A DNA stretch of 63,820 nucleotides, filler included. It is 6 parts of 6 records of this genome, joined end to end, with 100 filler letters (N's around TTAATTAATTAA, not from the genome) between each part and the next. Parts side by side here need not be neighbours in the genome. Positions count along the whole stretch, not along the records: positions 8,020 to 16,953 come from SRR20825019_2738; positions 17,054 to 32,826 come from SRR20825019_2739; 4 more parts are not named here. One strand, written 5' to 3'. Shown here piece by piece: positions 10,746 to 21,370 of this stretch. The translations under genes were made by a program, and so were the position numbers. Position 1 is the first letter of the stretch. The number at the start of each line of letters is the position of its first letter. The notes under the pieces are model-generated. The model was not told the origin of the DNA. It did no database searches and saw only the letters and a list, made by a program, of their open reading frames with translations.

Positions 10746-13700
10746 TCAGAACCGGACGTTCAATGTGACGGTGCCTGAGTGATCATCCATACCGGAACCA
10801 AACAGCCCGCCATACGAAAAGTCCAGCGTGGCGGCGCTGCCAAGCGTCATCTCCAGGCCGGCATCCAGAACCAGCACGTCGCGCGCCAGTGGCACTCCGG
10901 CTATCGGAACGCCCTCCCCGCCGGCGGCGAACGAGACCTGAGAGGTCGGCGTCTCACCGAAGGCGTGTCGCCAGGCGACCGCTCCGCTCAGGGAAGCATT
11001 CATGCCGCCCCATCCGCCGCCCAATCCAATGTCAGTTTCAGCGCGCAGACCAAGCGTCGTCAAGGTGGCCGTGTCCGAACCAGCGGTCACGCTCAAAGCG
11101 GCAGAGCCTCCCCTCTCGGAGAAACCATCGGTGGAGTGTCGCACATGAGCAAGGTTGGCGAAGGGTTCCAGCCGGGCGCCACCAGCGTCAACGTGATAGG
11201 CTGCTTCACCCCAGGCTTGCAGCGTCCGTGCATTGTAGCTGGCCGACACCTGATCCGAGAAGCCGGTGAACGCCACCGCGCGGCTGGTTTCCAGCCTGTG
11301 CCAGCCATGAGAAACGCCCCCTTGCAGACTGAACCCGCCCCAGTGTCCGCCACCATAAATGCCAAGTGTATAGCCGTCAGCGGTGCTGGATGACGAGCGC
11401 ATGTCAACTCCGTAGCGAGAACGGGAAACGCCACCGAAGACACCAAGCAGATAAGCGTCCAGGAACGCTGCATCACCCCCCACCAACAAACCGCCAATGC
11501 TGCGGTCCAGCGCGGCGGCATTCCCGTCGCCATCCGATTGTCCCCGTGCGCCGAAGCCACGCGCCCACAGACCCGGGCTTTCAAACATCGAATAGTCTGC
11601 TTCGGCAGCCGCACCGGCATTTCCATCGGCACCAATCCCTCCCAGCGTGTCCCGAAGCCGGTTCATCGCCCCTTCTCGCGGGAAGCGGCTGTCTTCCAGA
11701 AGCGCAGTTTTCATGGTGCTGTGGATCGCGCCTGTGAGATCGTCGAATGCTGCCCGGGCATCGTCATCACTGCCGGAAATACCGAGCAACGCGTCGTAGA
11801 GGGCATTGCCCCGGCCCAGAGCCTCGAGAGGTCCTGCTACCGCCAGCTGATTGGGTGTGCTGGCGATATCGGAGAAAAACACCGCCTGCTCTGAATGCAG
11901 ATAGACATTGGTTGCGTCGTACTCGAGCGTGAAATCAAGAAACACATAGTCATCGGTTGGGCGGGACGTATCGAATGAACCGTTCAAGCTGCCAGCCGAG
12001 ATGATGGTGTAGGTTCCGGGCGTATAGGTCGACCCGTCATCGATCCCGTTCTCCGGTGTGACATGCACCATACCTCCATTGATCGTGACCGAGCCGGCGG
12101 CGTCCAAATGGTCATTGTGCGTACCGGCAGTGAAGCCGCCGTCCGCAAGCTCGACCTCATAGACCGAACCTGGATCGAAGAGGACACTGGCCGCACTCAA
12201 GGTCCCGATCGAGTTGCCCGGCGCTAGCCGTCCGCCCGATGCCGTTATGGCGGGCCCCGTCAATGTCCCTGTCCCGCCGACGATGCCTCCATTGAGAGAA
12301 ACCACGTTGCCGCCAAGGCTCCCATTGACCAAAAGCGCGCCTCCGGAGACCTGCGAAACGCCGGTAAAGCCCGAAGAATCTCCCGTCAACACGGTTTCTC
12401 CTGCAAGCTGGTAGAGCCGGCCTTCACCGATCATGTCGACTGCGAATTCGTGGGCGCTCCCGGTGTGATTGAAGAACAGTTTCGCATCCTCGTGGTCACC
12501 GAACCACAATTCCGGGGCATCAAGAATACCGGGTGCAACTGCAGCCTCCCCGGCGGCAGCGCCTATATTGAGAGTTCCCTCAGAGGTCGCGTTGAAGCCC
12601 AGATAGGCTCTGTTGGCGACGGTCACCGTTCCGTCTGCCGCGATTGTCAGCGTGCCGGCGCCCTCTTCCGCGACGAAAAGGTGGTCGCCAGCCAAACCGG
12701 CATCCGGACCGCTGACCAGAACCGCCCCCTCGCCCATGGGCGCATAGCCAAGCGTGATGGTTGAGGTGGCCGAGACTTTTCCGCCGGTGATGGCAAGTGC
12801 GCCTCTGCCTTCATCCCCAACGATCAATTCGCCATCGGCATTCAGCTCCGAATCCGGGCCAGAAACACTCACTGTTCCGACCGTGTCCTGTCGCGCGCCA
12901 ACCTTGACATCGGTGGTGCTCACCTCGCCGCCATCGGCGATGGTCAGCAGGCCGGTGCCCCCATCGGAATTGCCCAGATAAACGCCGAGATCTGTCGTGA
13001 GCTGCGAGCCGGCACCGGTGACAAGCGTCGTGCCATCACCCAGATCGCCGATAAACAGATAATCGGAAGACGAGAGCGTGCCTCCTGACGACAGGGTGAG
13101 TGTACCGCTGGCACCGACATCTGCCCCCAGAGTGATCTCGCCCGCGTCTGTCCAGCCTGCATTGTCGATTATCAGGGTGCCCAGCCCCAAACTATCGTGA
13201 GACCCGAGATACAGATTGCTATGGTTTCCAAGAACCGCCGCACCGTCTGAGAGAGTGATCTGGCCGATACCGCCCGTGCCGACATAGGTGTCTGCACCCA
13301 AAGTCCAGTTCGAGCTGGCTCCCGAGACAGTCAAAGTTCCCGATCCACCCCCTTCACCAATCGTGACAAATCCGTTGGAGAGAAATGTCGCACCATTCTG
13401 GATATTGAGCGCACCGGATTCAATGCGCCCCACTCTCGTATCGTCGGTCACCGTCAACGTGGCATTATCGAAAGTGGCGAAGCTGCCCCCGCCGCCGGCC
13501 GAATAGCCTATCAGGAGATCAGCGCCGGCAAAGACAGAGGCGCCGGTACTGGCTTCAAGAGTGCCTAGGCCGGAAAAGCCGACAATCATGTTGGCACTGT
13601 TGGCGTTCAGTTGGGCTGTAGGACCGGTCAGGCTGACCGTACCCTGCGTGTCGTTGCCCTGCGCGATCAGAATGGCGGCGGCCTCTACCGTCGCATCCGT

Positions 13701-14093
13701 TATGTTGAGTGTGCCCACCCCTTGCGAACCCACATAAAGCGTCGAGCTGTTCAGCCATTGCGAGGTGGCGCCCGTGATGACGGTCTTGCCGTTCCCCGTC
13801 GGCGTTGCGCCGAGTATCGCCAGCGTGTTGCTGACAACACCTCCGTCGGAGATGATCAGGGTTCCGAGACCGAGATTTCCCACGGTCAGTGTATCGCCGA
13901 TGTTCCATGTGTTTGGCTGGGTTCCCCCGCCCGTTCCGAAAACAGTTTCCGTGGCTCCTCCGTCAATAACCGCCTGCGCCAGTGCCGACACGGGTAGCGT
14001 GGTCGACGTCATCAGCGCCATGAACGAAGCTTGTACAGTGCGGCGAACCTGTCTGCGCTCTCTCAACTCACCGTGGTTGGACATTTCCTGCAC
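10746..14093 (-). CDS. Autotransporter (T5SS) with beta-helical passenger repeats
   Basis: Repeated VGxxGxGTLxIxxGGxV units, LAPGNSIGTL, TPNQLAVA, GLWARGFG barrel start, C-terminal LNVRF; start GTG 14093 or ATG 14084. Confidence 0.92.
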   Translation of the reverse strand: MQEMSNHGELRERRQVRRTVQASFMALMTSTTLPVSALAQAVIDGGATETVFGTGGGTQPNTWNIGDTLTVGNLGLGTLIISDGGVVSNTLAILGATPTGNGKTVITGATSQWLNSSTLYVGSQGVGTLNITDATVEAAAILIAQGNDTQGTVSLTGPTAQLNANSANMIVGFSGLGTLEASTGASVFAGADLLIGYSAGGGGSFATFDNATLTVTDDTRVGRIESGALNIQNGATFLSNGFVTIGEGGGSGTLTVSGASSNWTLGADTYVGTGGIGQITLSDGAAVLGNHSNLYLGSHDSLGLGTLIIDNAGWTDAGEITLGADVGASGTLTLSSGGTLSSSDYLFIGDLGDGTTLVTGAGSQLTTDLGVYLGNSDGGTGLLTIADGGEVSTTDVKVGARQDTVGTVSVSGPDSELNADGELIVGDEGRGALAITGGKVSATSTITLGYAPMGEGAVLVSGPDAGLAGDHLFVAEEGAGTLTIAADGTVTVANRAYLGFNATSEGTLNIGAAAGEAAVAPGILDAPELWFGDHEDAKLFFNHTGSAHEFAVDMIGEGRLYQLAGETVLTGDSSGFTGVSQVSGGALLVNGSLGGNVVSLNGGIVGGTGTLTGPAITASGGRLAPGNSIGTLSAASVLFDPGSVYEVELADGGFTAGTHNDHLDAAGSVTINGGMVHVTPENGIDDGSTYTPGTYTIISAGSLNGSFDTSRPTDDYVFLDFTLEYDATNVYLHSEQAVFFSDIASTPNQLAVAGPLEALGRGNALYDALLGISGSDDDARAAFDDLTGAIHSTMKTALLEDSRFPREGAMNRLRDTLGGIGADGNAGAAAEADYSMFESPGLWARGFGARGQSDGDGNAAALDRSIGGLLVGGDAAFLDAYLLGVFGGVSRSRYGVDMRSSSSTADGYTLGIYGGGHWGGFSLQGGVSHGWHRLETSRAVAFTGFSDQVSASYNARTLQAWGEAAYHVDAGGARLEPFANLAHVRHSTDGFSERGGSAALSVTAGSDTATLTTLGLRAETDIGLGGGWGGMNASLSGAVAWRHAFGETPTSQVSFAAGGEGVPIAGVPLARDVLVLDAGLEMTLGSAATLDFSYGGLFGSGMDDHSGTVTLNVRF

Positions 14094-14240
14094 GTCGCAT
14101 TCCCCTTGAAAAAACCTCGCGCTGCCCGAAACAGTTTTGAAATCTACTGTCGCGAGTCTGACGTTTTTACGCGTGGAGGCTTGAGGCGGCATGCGACGTT
14201 TGTGCGATCGCGGGTAGATTATCGCCACCCTTTGCGGGCA

Positions 14241-14864
14241 TCAGGGGGCTGGCAGGGTGATGGGTTCGTCCCAGAAGTAATCGACCATCATCTCGATCCG
14301 GGATTCCATGATCTCGGCACGCGTGTCCCCTTGCTGGATGGATTGCGCCGGCGTCATGGTTTTCATGTGCCGCTCGACCGGGCGCATGGTTTTGGGATCA
14401 AGCAGGGTGGTCACATGCGAAACGGACCTCACAGGTTCCATCGTCTCCTGCGTGTGCGAAAATCGCACAAGGGAGATGCCGTCGATCGTCTCCGTGTCGC
14501 AGGAAGTCTCACGGATGGTTTCCCGGAGGATTGCATTGCGCGCCAGCGTTTCCTCAAGCCAGTTTTCCTTGCGCATCTGAGAGCGTTGCCACGTCTCGCC
14601 GTCGCGGGAGGTGTATTCCTCAGACCCCAGCACCAGCCAATGGACGCCGGTCTCGCGTACAGCCTGATGAAAATGACTGTAATCTCGAAACCATTGCTGC
14701 GTGTGCTGTACGGTCACACCGCCCATGAGAGTCCGGGTTTCAATGCGGTAACTCTCCCATTTCTCACCGGCAGCGAGCATGGCCTGGATATCTTCTTTGC
14801 AGCCGGCCTGCACCGGGGTGGCGAGCGGAAAAATCACAAGAAGGCCGATGAGGATGCGGCGCAT
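14241..14864 (-). CDS. Secreted hypothetical protein
   Basis: Signal peptide MRRILIGLLVIFPLATPVQA, AGGAG RBS, beta-rich body ending WDEPITLPAP. Confidence 0.75.
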   Translation of the reverse strand: MRRILIGLLVIFPLATPVQAGCKEDIQAMLAAGEKWESYRIETRTLMGGVTVQHTQQWFRDYSHFHQAVRETGVHWLVLGSEEYTSRDGETWQRSQMRKENWLEETLARNAILRETIRETSCDTETIDGISLVRFSHTQETMEPVRSVSHVTTLLDPKTMRPVERHMKTMTPAQSIQQGDTRAEIMESRIEMMVDYFWDEPITLPAP

Positions 14865-14874
14865 GACGAAGCTC

Positions 14875-15213
14875 CTATTGCTGCATGAAACTGATGGCGA
14901 AGAGCCAGAAACCAACCTGACCGGCCAGTCCGGCAAGGAGGAGGTAAAAGAAGAACCTGCTCACCCCGCCCTGCAACTGGCGCGATAAAGCGCTGCCCTT
15001 GAAAGGCTGATTGGCGAGATAGCCGGGCAATATCCTTGCACGCAGCCAGCTGTATCGGGGACCTGCCGCATCCTGCTCTATCATGGCCTTCGCTCCGGTG
15101 AAGAAAGAGCTGATCTTCCAGCCGATAAATCCGATGAATGTGATCGCCGCAGAGCCCAGCATCCACCAGGTTGTCCATGCGACATCAGCAATTGGGACGC
15201 CATAAATCGTCAT
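14875..15213 (-). CDS. Small two-TM membrane hypothetical protein
   Basis: Two hydrophobic segments; ATGA overlap with the upstream gene. Confidence 0.7.
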   Translation of the reverse strand: MTIYGVPIADVAWTTWWMLGSAAITFIGFIGWKISSFFTGAKAMIEQDAAGPRYSWLRARILPGYLANQPFKGSALSRQLQGGVSRFFFYLLLAGLAGQVGFWLFAISFMQQ

Positions 15214-15725
15214 CGCCCTGCCCTCTTCACAGACGTTCGACCGTACCTGGCCTTGCGTGCCATGCCCAGGTTAACAAGGCCGATGAACAGAAGCAGCAAA
15301 ACTATGGTCATAGCATTCCGCATGGACTTGCCGTGCATGGCCGGGTCAATCGACCGGATCTGCGGGTCTGTTGGCAGATATCGGATCGGGACGCGCTGAG
15401 GGGGTTCATGGCGCTCGTAAAAGCCGGAGGAAACCTGAACAGTACCCCGGCGCATGGTTTCGCCCACGGTGAAACCGATCGTCATCTCATAGCGATATCT
15501 CGGGCGATCCGTACCGTGGCGCACCACGCGCTTGTCAAGGATGGTGGCCATTGTCTCGACACCGGACCTGTCGAGCGCGCCATAGTGGCGGTCGGACGAC
15601 GTGAAGCTCCAGAACCCGTAAAGCAACGCAGCAGCAAAGGGAGCCAGCAGAACGGCGGTTTCGGCAAGACGCCGCCATGGTCCGACAGCCGAGCCGTTTC
15701 GTTCCGGGGGCGTCGCCTCAACCAT
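15210..15725 (-). CDS. DUF3592-like membrane protein
   Basis: TM, GVETMATI, IRYLPTDPQ, TM architecture. Confidence 0.7.
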   Translation of the reverse strand: MVEATPPERNGSAVGPWRRLAETAVLLAPFAAALLYGFWSFTSSDRHYGALDRSGVETMATILDKRVVRHGTDRPRYRYEMTIGFTVGETMRRGTVQVSSGFYERHEPPQRVPIRYLPTDPQIRSIDPAMHGKSMRNAMTIVLLLLFIGLVNLGMARKARYGRTSVKRAGR

Positions 15726-16251
15726 GAGCCACCATCGGGGGCGCTCTCAACCATCGCAGGACAAGGAACGTCGCAATGAACGCCGGCACCAGCAGCACAA
15801 GTCCCATAGCCGCAATCACCGCAGGCACAGCCCAAAGCTGTTCGAAATTGTTCTGACGCACATCCCGCTTGCGGTCCGGTGTAAAGAATATTTCGTGCCG
15901 CGAACCAACTGGAAAATTCCAGTTGGGGGAAGATTGACCGGTGCTGGCCTGAGTCATCTCACCATCTGTAAAGCGGTATCGAAAAACCGGGCTGTAGTCC
16001 GTCGTCACGCCATCCCAAGGATTCCAACCGTCCCAGGCATAGACATGAACGACCTCCCCCATGGTGCGTTCCGCACTGTGCAGAAAGCTGCGGGTTTCCC
16101 ATGCGATCGAGGCGGCAGCTCCCAGAAACAGCACAGGAGCCAGAAAGATGAGAACCCAGACCCGCCACGACGCTTCACGCTTTCCGTCCGGTCCGGTTCG
16201 CAGCAGATAGAGCTGCGTCATGTTCAACCGGATCAGGGCGGTGTGTATCAT
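15718..16251 (-). CDS. DUF3592-like membrane protein
   Basis: TM, AERTMGEVV, YSPVFRYRFTDG, VGSRHEIFFTPD, TM. Confidence 0.75.
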   Translation of the reverse strand: MIHTALIRLNMTQLYLLRTGPDGKREASWRVWVLIFLAPVLFLGAAASIAWETRSFLHSAERTMGEVVHVYAWDGWNPWDGVTTDYSPVFRYRFTDGEMTQASTGQSSPNWNFPVGSRHEIFFTPDRKRDVRQNNFEQLWAVPAVIAAMGLVLLVPAFIATFLVLRWLRAPPMVAHG

Positions 16252-16289
16252 TGGGTGATGCCTCTAATGCGTCAAAGCGCTTTCCCGGC

Positions 16290-16769
16290 TCAGGTCGCCT
16301 GAGCTTCGTGCATTGTGCGGAGCGGGTCAGGACCATAGGTATTGTCCCCCTGCGTCCCCTTGAGAAACCCCAGTTCGACGATCATCCAAAGCGCAACCGC
16401 CATGGCGGCCCACATCACAGCCATGGCCGCAACTCCCGGTACCATGACGCTGGTGCCCCCCAGTTCCACCGCAGAATAGCCGATCTTGAGAATGCTCATC
16501 ACCTGCATGATCACGCCGGGGGCCATGAAGATGGCGACCCATGGCAAAGCGGGCTTTCCGTGATCATGCAGCCGCTTCACCACCACTGCCGACCACATGT
16601 AGACGATGGCGCCTGACAGCAGCACCTGCCCCAGAACCAGAACAGTCCCTTCGGGCAGAAGAAACATAATACCAAGACCGGTGATCATCGCCATCGCCGC
16701 AATGCCGACAAATCCAAGCCAGAAACGCCGGCGCGAAATGCGTCCCTCAAATTTGGTGAAAAGATCCAT
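16290..16769 (-). CDS. DUF805 (YhaH-like) inner membrane protein
   Basis: FEGRISRRRFW, VKRLHDHGK, KGTQGDNTYGPDP motifs; GGGGAG RBS. Confidence 0.9.
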   Translation of the reverse strand: MDLFTKFEGRISRRRFWLGFVGIAAMAMITGLGIMFLLPEGTVLVLGQVLLSGAIVYMWSAVVVKRLHDHGKPALPWVAIFMAPGVIMQVMSILKIGYSAVELGGTSVMVPGVAAMAVMWAAMAVALWMIVELGFLKGTQGDNTYGPDPLRTMHEAQAT

Positions 16770-16953
16770 CGCTCCCCAACCGCGGTGCACAAACACCGTC
16801 TTTCAAGCTCATTACTTCATCTGCAAAGGATCTTAGGCCGGGGAAACCATCCGGTCATGCGACGTTTGTGTGAGGCGCCACATCAGATGGGCGCCCGTTC
16901 AAACAGGCACCGGGCGCTCGCCCTCATTAAGCGGCGTCAGAATGTCTGCGATC

Positions 16954-17053
16954 NNNNNNNNNNNNNNNNNNNNNNNNNNNNNNNNNNNNNNNNNNNNTTA
17001 ATTAATTAANNNNNNNNNNNNNNNNNNNNNNNNNNNNNNNNNNNNNNNNNNNN
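16954..17053. other. Artificial contig spacer
   Basis: N-run, TTAATTAATTAA, N-run. Confidence 0.99.
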
Positions 17054-17054
17054 C

Positions 17055-18578
17055 AAGGGCGACTATTTCGGCCCCTTCGCCTCGGCCGGTGCGGTGAACC
17101 GCACGATCACGGCCCTGCAGCGCGCCTTCCTGATCCGGAACTGCACGGATGCGACCTTCGCCAGCCGGACCCGGCCCTGCCTGCAATATCAAATCAAGCG
17201 CTGCGCCGCGCCCTGCGTCGATTATGTCAGCAAGGAAGACTATGCCGAGCTGATCGAGCAGGCGAAGGCGTTCCTGACCGGCTCCAGCAGGAAGATCTCT
17301 CAGCAGCTCGCCGAGCGCATGCAGGAGGCGAGCGACGCGCTCGACTTCGAGAGCGCAGCCCGGTACCGGGACCGGATCAGGGCGCTGGCCCATGTCCAGT
17401 CGCATCAGGACATCAATGTCGAAGGCGTCGAGGATGCTGACGTGATGGCGCTGCATGGCGAAGGCGGCTCCGCCTGCATCCAGGTGTTCTTCTTCCGGGG
17501 CGGCAGCAACTACGGCAACCGGGCTTATTTCCCGAGCCACGACAAGAGCATGGAGCCGGGAGAAATCCTCGCCGCTTTCGTCGGCCAGTTCTACGACAAC
17601 AAGCCGCCGCCCAAGCTGGTTCTGGTCAGCCACGACATGCCGGAACAGGAGCTGATCGCCGAGGCCCTCGGGACCAAGGCCGAACGCAGGGTCGAAGTAT
17701 TGCGCCCGCAGCGCGGCTCCAAACGCAAGCTGATGGAGCACGCACTTTCAAACGCCAAGGAAGCCCATGCAAGACGGCTGGCCGAAAGCGCGTCCCAGCG
17801 GCGCCTGCTGGACGGCCTCGCCGAGGCACTGGATCTGGACGGCCCGCCGGAGCGGATCGAGGTCTATGACAACAGCCACATCCAGGGCACCAACTCCATC
17901 GGCGCCATGATCGTTGCCGGTCCCGAGGGGCTGATGAAAAACGCCTACCGCAAATTCAACATCCGCAATGTGGTCCCGGCGGACACGCCTTTGCCGGAGT
18001 CGGTCGAGCCTGACGAGAACGGCGATGTGCCGGTTCAGGCCGGTGACGATTACGCCATGATGCGGCAGGTACTGACCCGGCGGTTCGGCCGGGCCCTGAA
18101 GGAAGACCCCGACAAAAGCTCCGGCAACTGGCCGGATCTGGTGCTGATTGATGGCGGCCAGGGCCAGTACACAGCCGTGCGGGAGGTGTTCGACGAGCTC
18201 GGGATCGAGGATGTCGCCCTTGTCGCCATCGCCAAGGGGCCAGACAGGGATGCCGGGCGGGAACGGTTCTTCTCGGGCAAGCGCGCTCCCTACTCCCTGC
18301 CGATCAACGATCCGGTGCTGTATTTCCTGCAGCGCCTGCGGGACGAAGCCCACCGCTTCGCCATCGAGACACACCGGGCAAAACGGACCAAAGCCATAGG
18401 CCAATCGAAGATCGACGAAGTGCCGGGGATCGGCGCCAAGCGCAAGAAGGCCCTGCTGCACCATTTCGGCTCCGCCAGGGAAGTTTCCCGCGCCGGGCTG
18501 CAGGATCTCGAGGCGGTCGACGGAATTAGCAAAACTGTAGCCAAAAAAATCTATGATTTCTTCCATGATGAGGGCTGA
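17055..18578 (+). CDS. uvrC: Excinuclease ABC subunit C, 5'-partial
   Basis: [53 protein letters not shown], HhH motif GIGAKR. Confidence 0.97.
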   Translation, partial: KGDYFGPFASAGAVNRTITALQRAFLIRNCTDATFASRTRPCLQYQIKRCAAPCVDYVSKEDYAELIEQAKAFLTGSSRKISQQLAERMQEASDALDFESAARYRDRIRALAHVQSHQDINVEGVEDADVMALHGEGGSACIQVFFFRGGSNYGNRAYFPSHDKSMEPGEILAAFVGQFYDNKPPPKLVLVSHDMPEQELIAEALGTKAERRVEVLRPQRGSKRKLMEHALSNAKEAHARRLAESASQRRLLDGLAEALDLDGPPERIEVYDNSHIQGTNSIGAMIVAGPEGLMKNAYRKFNIRNVVPADTPLPESVEPDENGDVPVQAGDDYAMMRQVLTRRFGRALKEDPDKSSGNWPDLVLIDGGQGQYTAVREVFDELGIEDVALVAIAKGPDRDAGRERFFSGKRAPYSLPINDPVLYFLQRLRDEAHRFAIETHRAKRTKAIGQSKIDEVPGIGAKRKKALLHHFGSAREVSRAGLQDLEAVDGISKTVAKKIYDFFHDEG

Positions 18579-18653
18579 TTGGTGTAGCGTCTCGACAATG
18601 GAATACGAGGACGGAATCGCCGTCCCGCACACTCTTCAGACCGACGCAGAGAT

Positions 18654-19286
18654 ATGACCGGCCTCCCCAATCTGCTCACCCTGTCGCGCATCCTTGTGAT
18701 CCCCCTGATTGTGGGGTTCATCTGGTATGGCGAGGACACCTACCGCTGGATCGCCTTCGGCCTCTACGCCTTTGCCGGGGTTACCGATTATCTGGATGGC
18801 TATCTGGCTCGGTCGCTGAACCAGCATTCCGATTTCGGCCGCCTGCTTGATCCGATCGCGGACAAGCTCCTGGTCGGCGCCGTGCTGCTGATTCTCTGCG
18901 CTCTGGACCATATTTCCGGCTACAGCCTGCTGCCCGCGCTGATCATTCTGCTGCGGGAAATCCTGGTTTCCGGCCTGCGCGAATTCCTCGCCGAAATTCA
19001 GGTCCGCATGCCTGTGAGCAAGCTGGCCAAATGGAAGACGGCCTTCCAGATCGGCTCGCTCGGCTTTCTCATTGTCGGCGCGGCAGGTCCCGACTGGCTG
19101 CCAACTGTGCTGATCGGCGAAGGCCTGCTGTGGGCTGCGGCTATCCTGACCCTGATCACGGGCTACGATTACCTGCGCTCAGGTCTGCTGCATGTGACCC
19201 CGGAAGCAGAGGCTGAACGCGCCCGGCGGAAAATGGGCGCGGCCGGCAAAAGCGCGACAAGTAAAAGCGCCCCCGTGGACGCATGA
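18654..19286 (+). CDS. pgsA: CDP-diacylglycerol--glycerol-3-phosphate 3-phosphatidyltransferase
   Basis: LPNLLTLSR, TDYLDGYLAR...GRLLDPIADK; follows uvrC. Confidence 0.96.
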   Translation: MTGLPNLLTLSRILVIPLIVGFIWYGEDTYRWIAFGLYAFAGVTDYLDGYLARSLNQHSDFGRLLDPIADKLLVGAVLLILCALDHISGYSLLPALIILLREILVSGLREFLAEIQVRMPVSKLAKWKTAFQIGSLGFLIVGAAGPDWLPTVLIGEGLLWAAAILTLITGYDYLRSGLLHVTPEAEAERARRKMGAAGKSATSKSAPVDA

Positions 19287-19336
19287 TGCGGATGCATGAC
19301 TTGAGTCCGGCCCATCCGGCCCTCTAGACTTCACCC

Positions 19337-19843
19337 ATGAAAATTTTTGGCCTTGTCGGATGGAGCGGCAGCGGCAAGACGACATTGCTCGTCAAGCTGT
19401 TGCCTGAACTTGTCGCTCGCGGCGTCAGCGTCTCGACCATGAAGCATGCCCACCACGCCTTTGACGTGGACAAACCGGGCAAGGATTCCTATGAGCACCG
19501 CGCCGCCGGGGCCAGCGAAGTGCTCGTCACCTCTGCCAATCGCTGGGCCCTGATGCATGAAAATCGCGGTACGGCGGAACCAGGCATCGAGGAGTTGATC
19601 CGGCATATGAGCCCGGTCGACTTGCTGATCATCGAAGGCTTCAAGGATCATGCGCACGACAAACTGGAGATCTTTCGGGAGGCCACCGGCAAATCACTGA
19701 TCCAGCCGAACGATCCACTGATAAGGGCCGTGGCGTCGGACGGGCCGGTCGCGGCCGCGACTGTTCCCGTGCTCGATTTGAACGATATTGCCGGGCTGGC
19801 GGACTATATTCTCGACTTCACTGGATTATCGAAAGCCGCGTGA
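19337..19843 (+). CDS. mobB: Molybdopterin-guanine dinucleotide biosynthesis protein B
   Basis: GWSGSGKTT, KHAHH.FDVD.PGKDS, IEGFK. Confidence 0.95.
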   Translation: MKIFGLVGWSGSGKTTLLVKLLPELVARGVSVSTMKHAHHAFDVDKPGKDSYEHRAAGASEVLVTSANRWALMHENRGTAEPGIEELIRHMSPVDLLIIEGFKDHAHDKLEIFREATGKSLIQPNDPLIRAVASDGPVAAATVPVLDLNDIAGLADYILDFTGLSKAA

Positions 19844-19846
19844 GCC

Positions 19847-21118
19847 ATGTCGCAACTGACAGATGACTGCTTCGCCTTCGGCGGGAAGCTGATCCCGGTC
19901 GCGGACGCGCTTGCCCGCTTCCGGGAAATCCTGGTGCCGGTGGTTGAGCCTGAAGCTGTACCGCTGGCGACGGCTCTCGGGCGGGTGCTGGCAGCGGATG
20001 TCATCGCCGGCCGTTCCGTGCCGCCTCACGACAATTCCGCCGTGGACGGGTTCGCCGTCTATTTCGACGATCTGGCCGACGGAGCGGAGACGGTGCTGCC
20101 GGTTACCGCCACTATCGCGGCGGGACATCCTCTGGACGGGCCGCAAAAACGCGGCACGGCCACCAAGATCTATACCGGCGCCCCGATGCCCACCGGCTCG
20201 GACGGCACATCCCCCGACACCGTCCTGATGCAGGAAGATTGCCGCGTCTCCGGTGATCATGTTGTCATTCCGAACGGTATCAAGCGTGGTGCGAACCGGC
20301 GCTTTGCCGGAGAGGACGTGACCGAAGGTGCCTGCATTCTGCAAGCGGGTACACGCCTGCGCCCGCAGGATATCGGGCTTGCCGCCGCTGTCGGCCGGAC
20401 GGAGCTCACCGTCTGCAAGCCGCTGCGCGTGGCGATCTTCTCGACCGGCGACGAGGTGCGCGATCCCGGAACGGACGCACCCGGCGGCACCATCTACGAT
20501 TCCAACCGCCACACCATCTCCGCCCTGCTGCGCGGCCTCGGCTGCACGGTGATCGATATGGGCATCCTGCCCGATCAACTCGATACCATCCGCGACGGAC
20601 TTGAAGATGCGGCGGGCAAAACCGACATGATTCTGACCACCGGTGGTGTCTCCACCGGTGGCGAGGATCATGTGCGGAGTGCGGTCGAGGCTCTGGGCTC
20701 CCTGCATTTCTGGCGTCTTGCCATCAAACCGGGGCGCCCGGTTGCCCTTGGTCAGGTCGGCAAGATCCCCTTTATCGGCCTGCCGGGAAATCCGGTTGCC
20801 GTGATGGTGACGTTTCTCCGGGTTGCCCGGCCACTGATCCAGCGATTGGCTGGTGCGGCGGATACGGACCCGGCACTGTTTCCCGTCCGGGCCGCCTTCG
20901 ACTACAAGAAGAAGCGGGACCGGCGCGAATATGTCCGCGTCACCCTGAAGCGCACCGGCGCGGGCACTCTCGAAGCCGTGAAGTTCGAGCGGGAGGGAGC
21001 CGGGATACTCTCCTCAATGGTGGCGGCCGACGGGCTTGTCGAGCTGCCGGAAGACTGCACCGGCGTGAAAACCGGAGATATTGTCGACTACCTGCCCTTC
21101 AGCGAGGTTGGCCTGTGA
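19847..21118 (+). CDS. moeA: Molybdopterin molybdenumtransferase
   Basis: PPHDNSAVDG, IYTGAPMP, STGDE, TTGGVS, KPGRP, GLPGNP. Confidence 0.96.
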   Translation: MSQLTDDCFAFGGKLIPVADALARFREILVPVVEPEAVPLATALGRVLAADVIAGRSVPPHDNSAVDGFAVYFDDLADGAETVLPVTATIAAGHPLDGPQKRGTATKIYTGAPMPTGSDGTSPDTVLMQEDCRVSGDHVVIPNGIKRGANRRFAGEDVTEGACILQAGTRLRPQDIGLAAAVGRTELTVCKPLRVAIFSTGDEVRDPGTDAPGGTIYDSNRHTISALLRGLGCTVIDMGILPDQLDTIRDGLEDAAGKTDMILTTGGVSTGGEDHVRSAVEALGSLHFWRLAIKPGRPVALGQVGKIPFIGLPGNPVAVMVTFLRVARPLIQRLAGAADTDPALFPVRAAFDYKKKRDRREYVRVTLKRTGAGTLEAVKFEREGAGILSSMVAADGLVELPEDCTGVKTGDIVDYLPFSEVGL

Positions 21119-21366
21119 AGATTCTGTATTTCGCCTGGATGCGCGGCAAGACCGGCATCGGAGAAGAAGATGTCTCCCCGCCTGAAACCGTGACCGACGT
21201 TGCCGGTCTGGTAGAATGGCTGAAGACGCGCGGCCCGGGCTTCGAGGATGCGTTCTCCGACATGAAGATCGTGCGTGCTGCCGTGAACCAGGAATTCGTC
21301 GAACTCGACGCAACAGTCGGCCCGAATGACGAAGTCGCCTTCTTCCCGCCGGTAACGGGAGGCTGA
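21115..21366 (+). CDS. moaD: Molybdopterin synthase sulfur carrier subunit
   Basis: YFAW, AVNQE, C-terminal FFPPVTGG. Confidence 0.96.
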   Translation: MKILYFAWMRGKTGIGEEDVSPPETVTDVAGLVEWLKTRGPGFEDAFSDMKIVRAAVNQEFVELDATVGPNDEVAFFPPVTGG

Positions 21367-21370
21367 CGCC

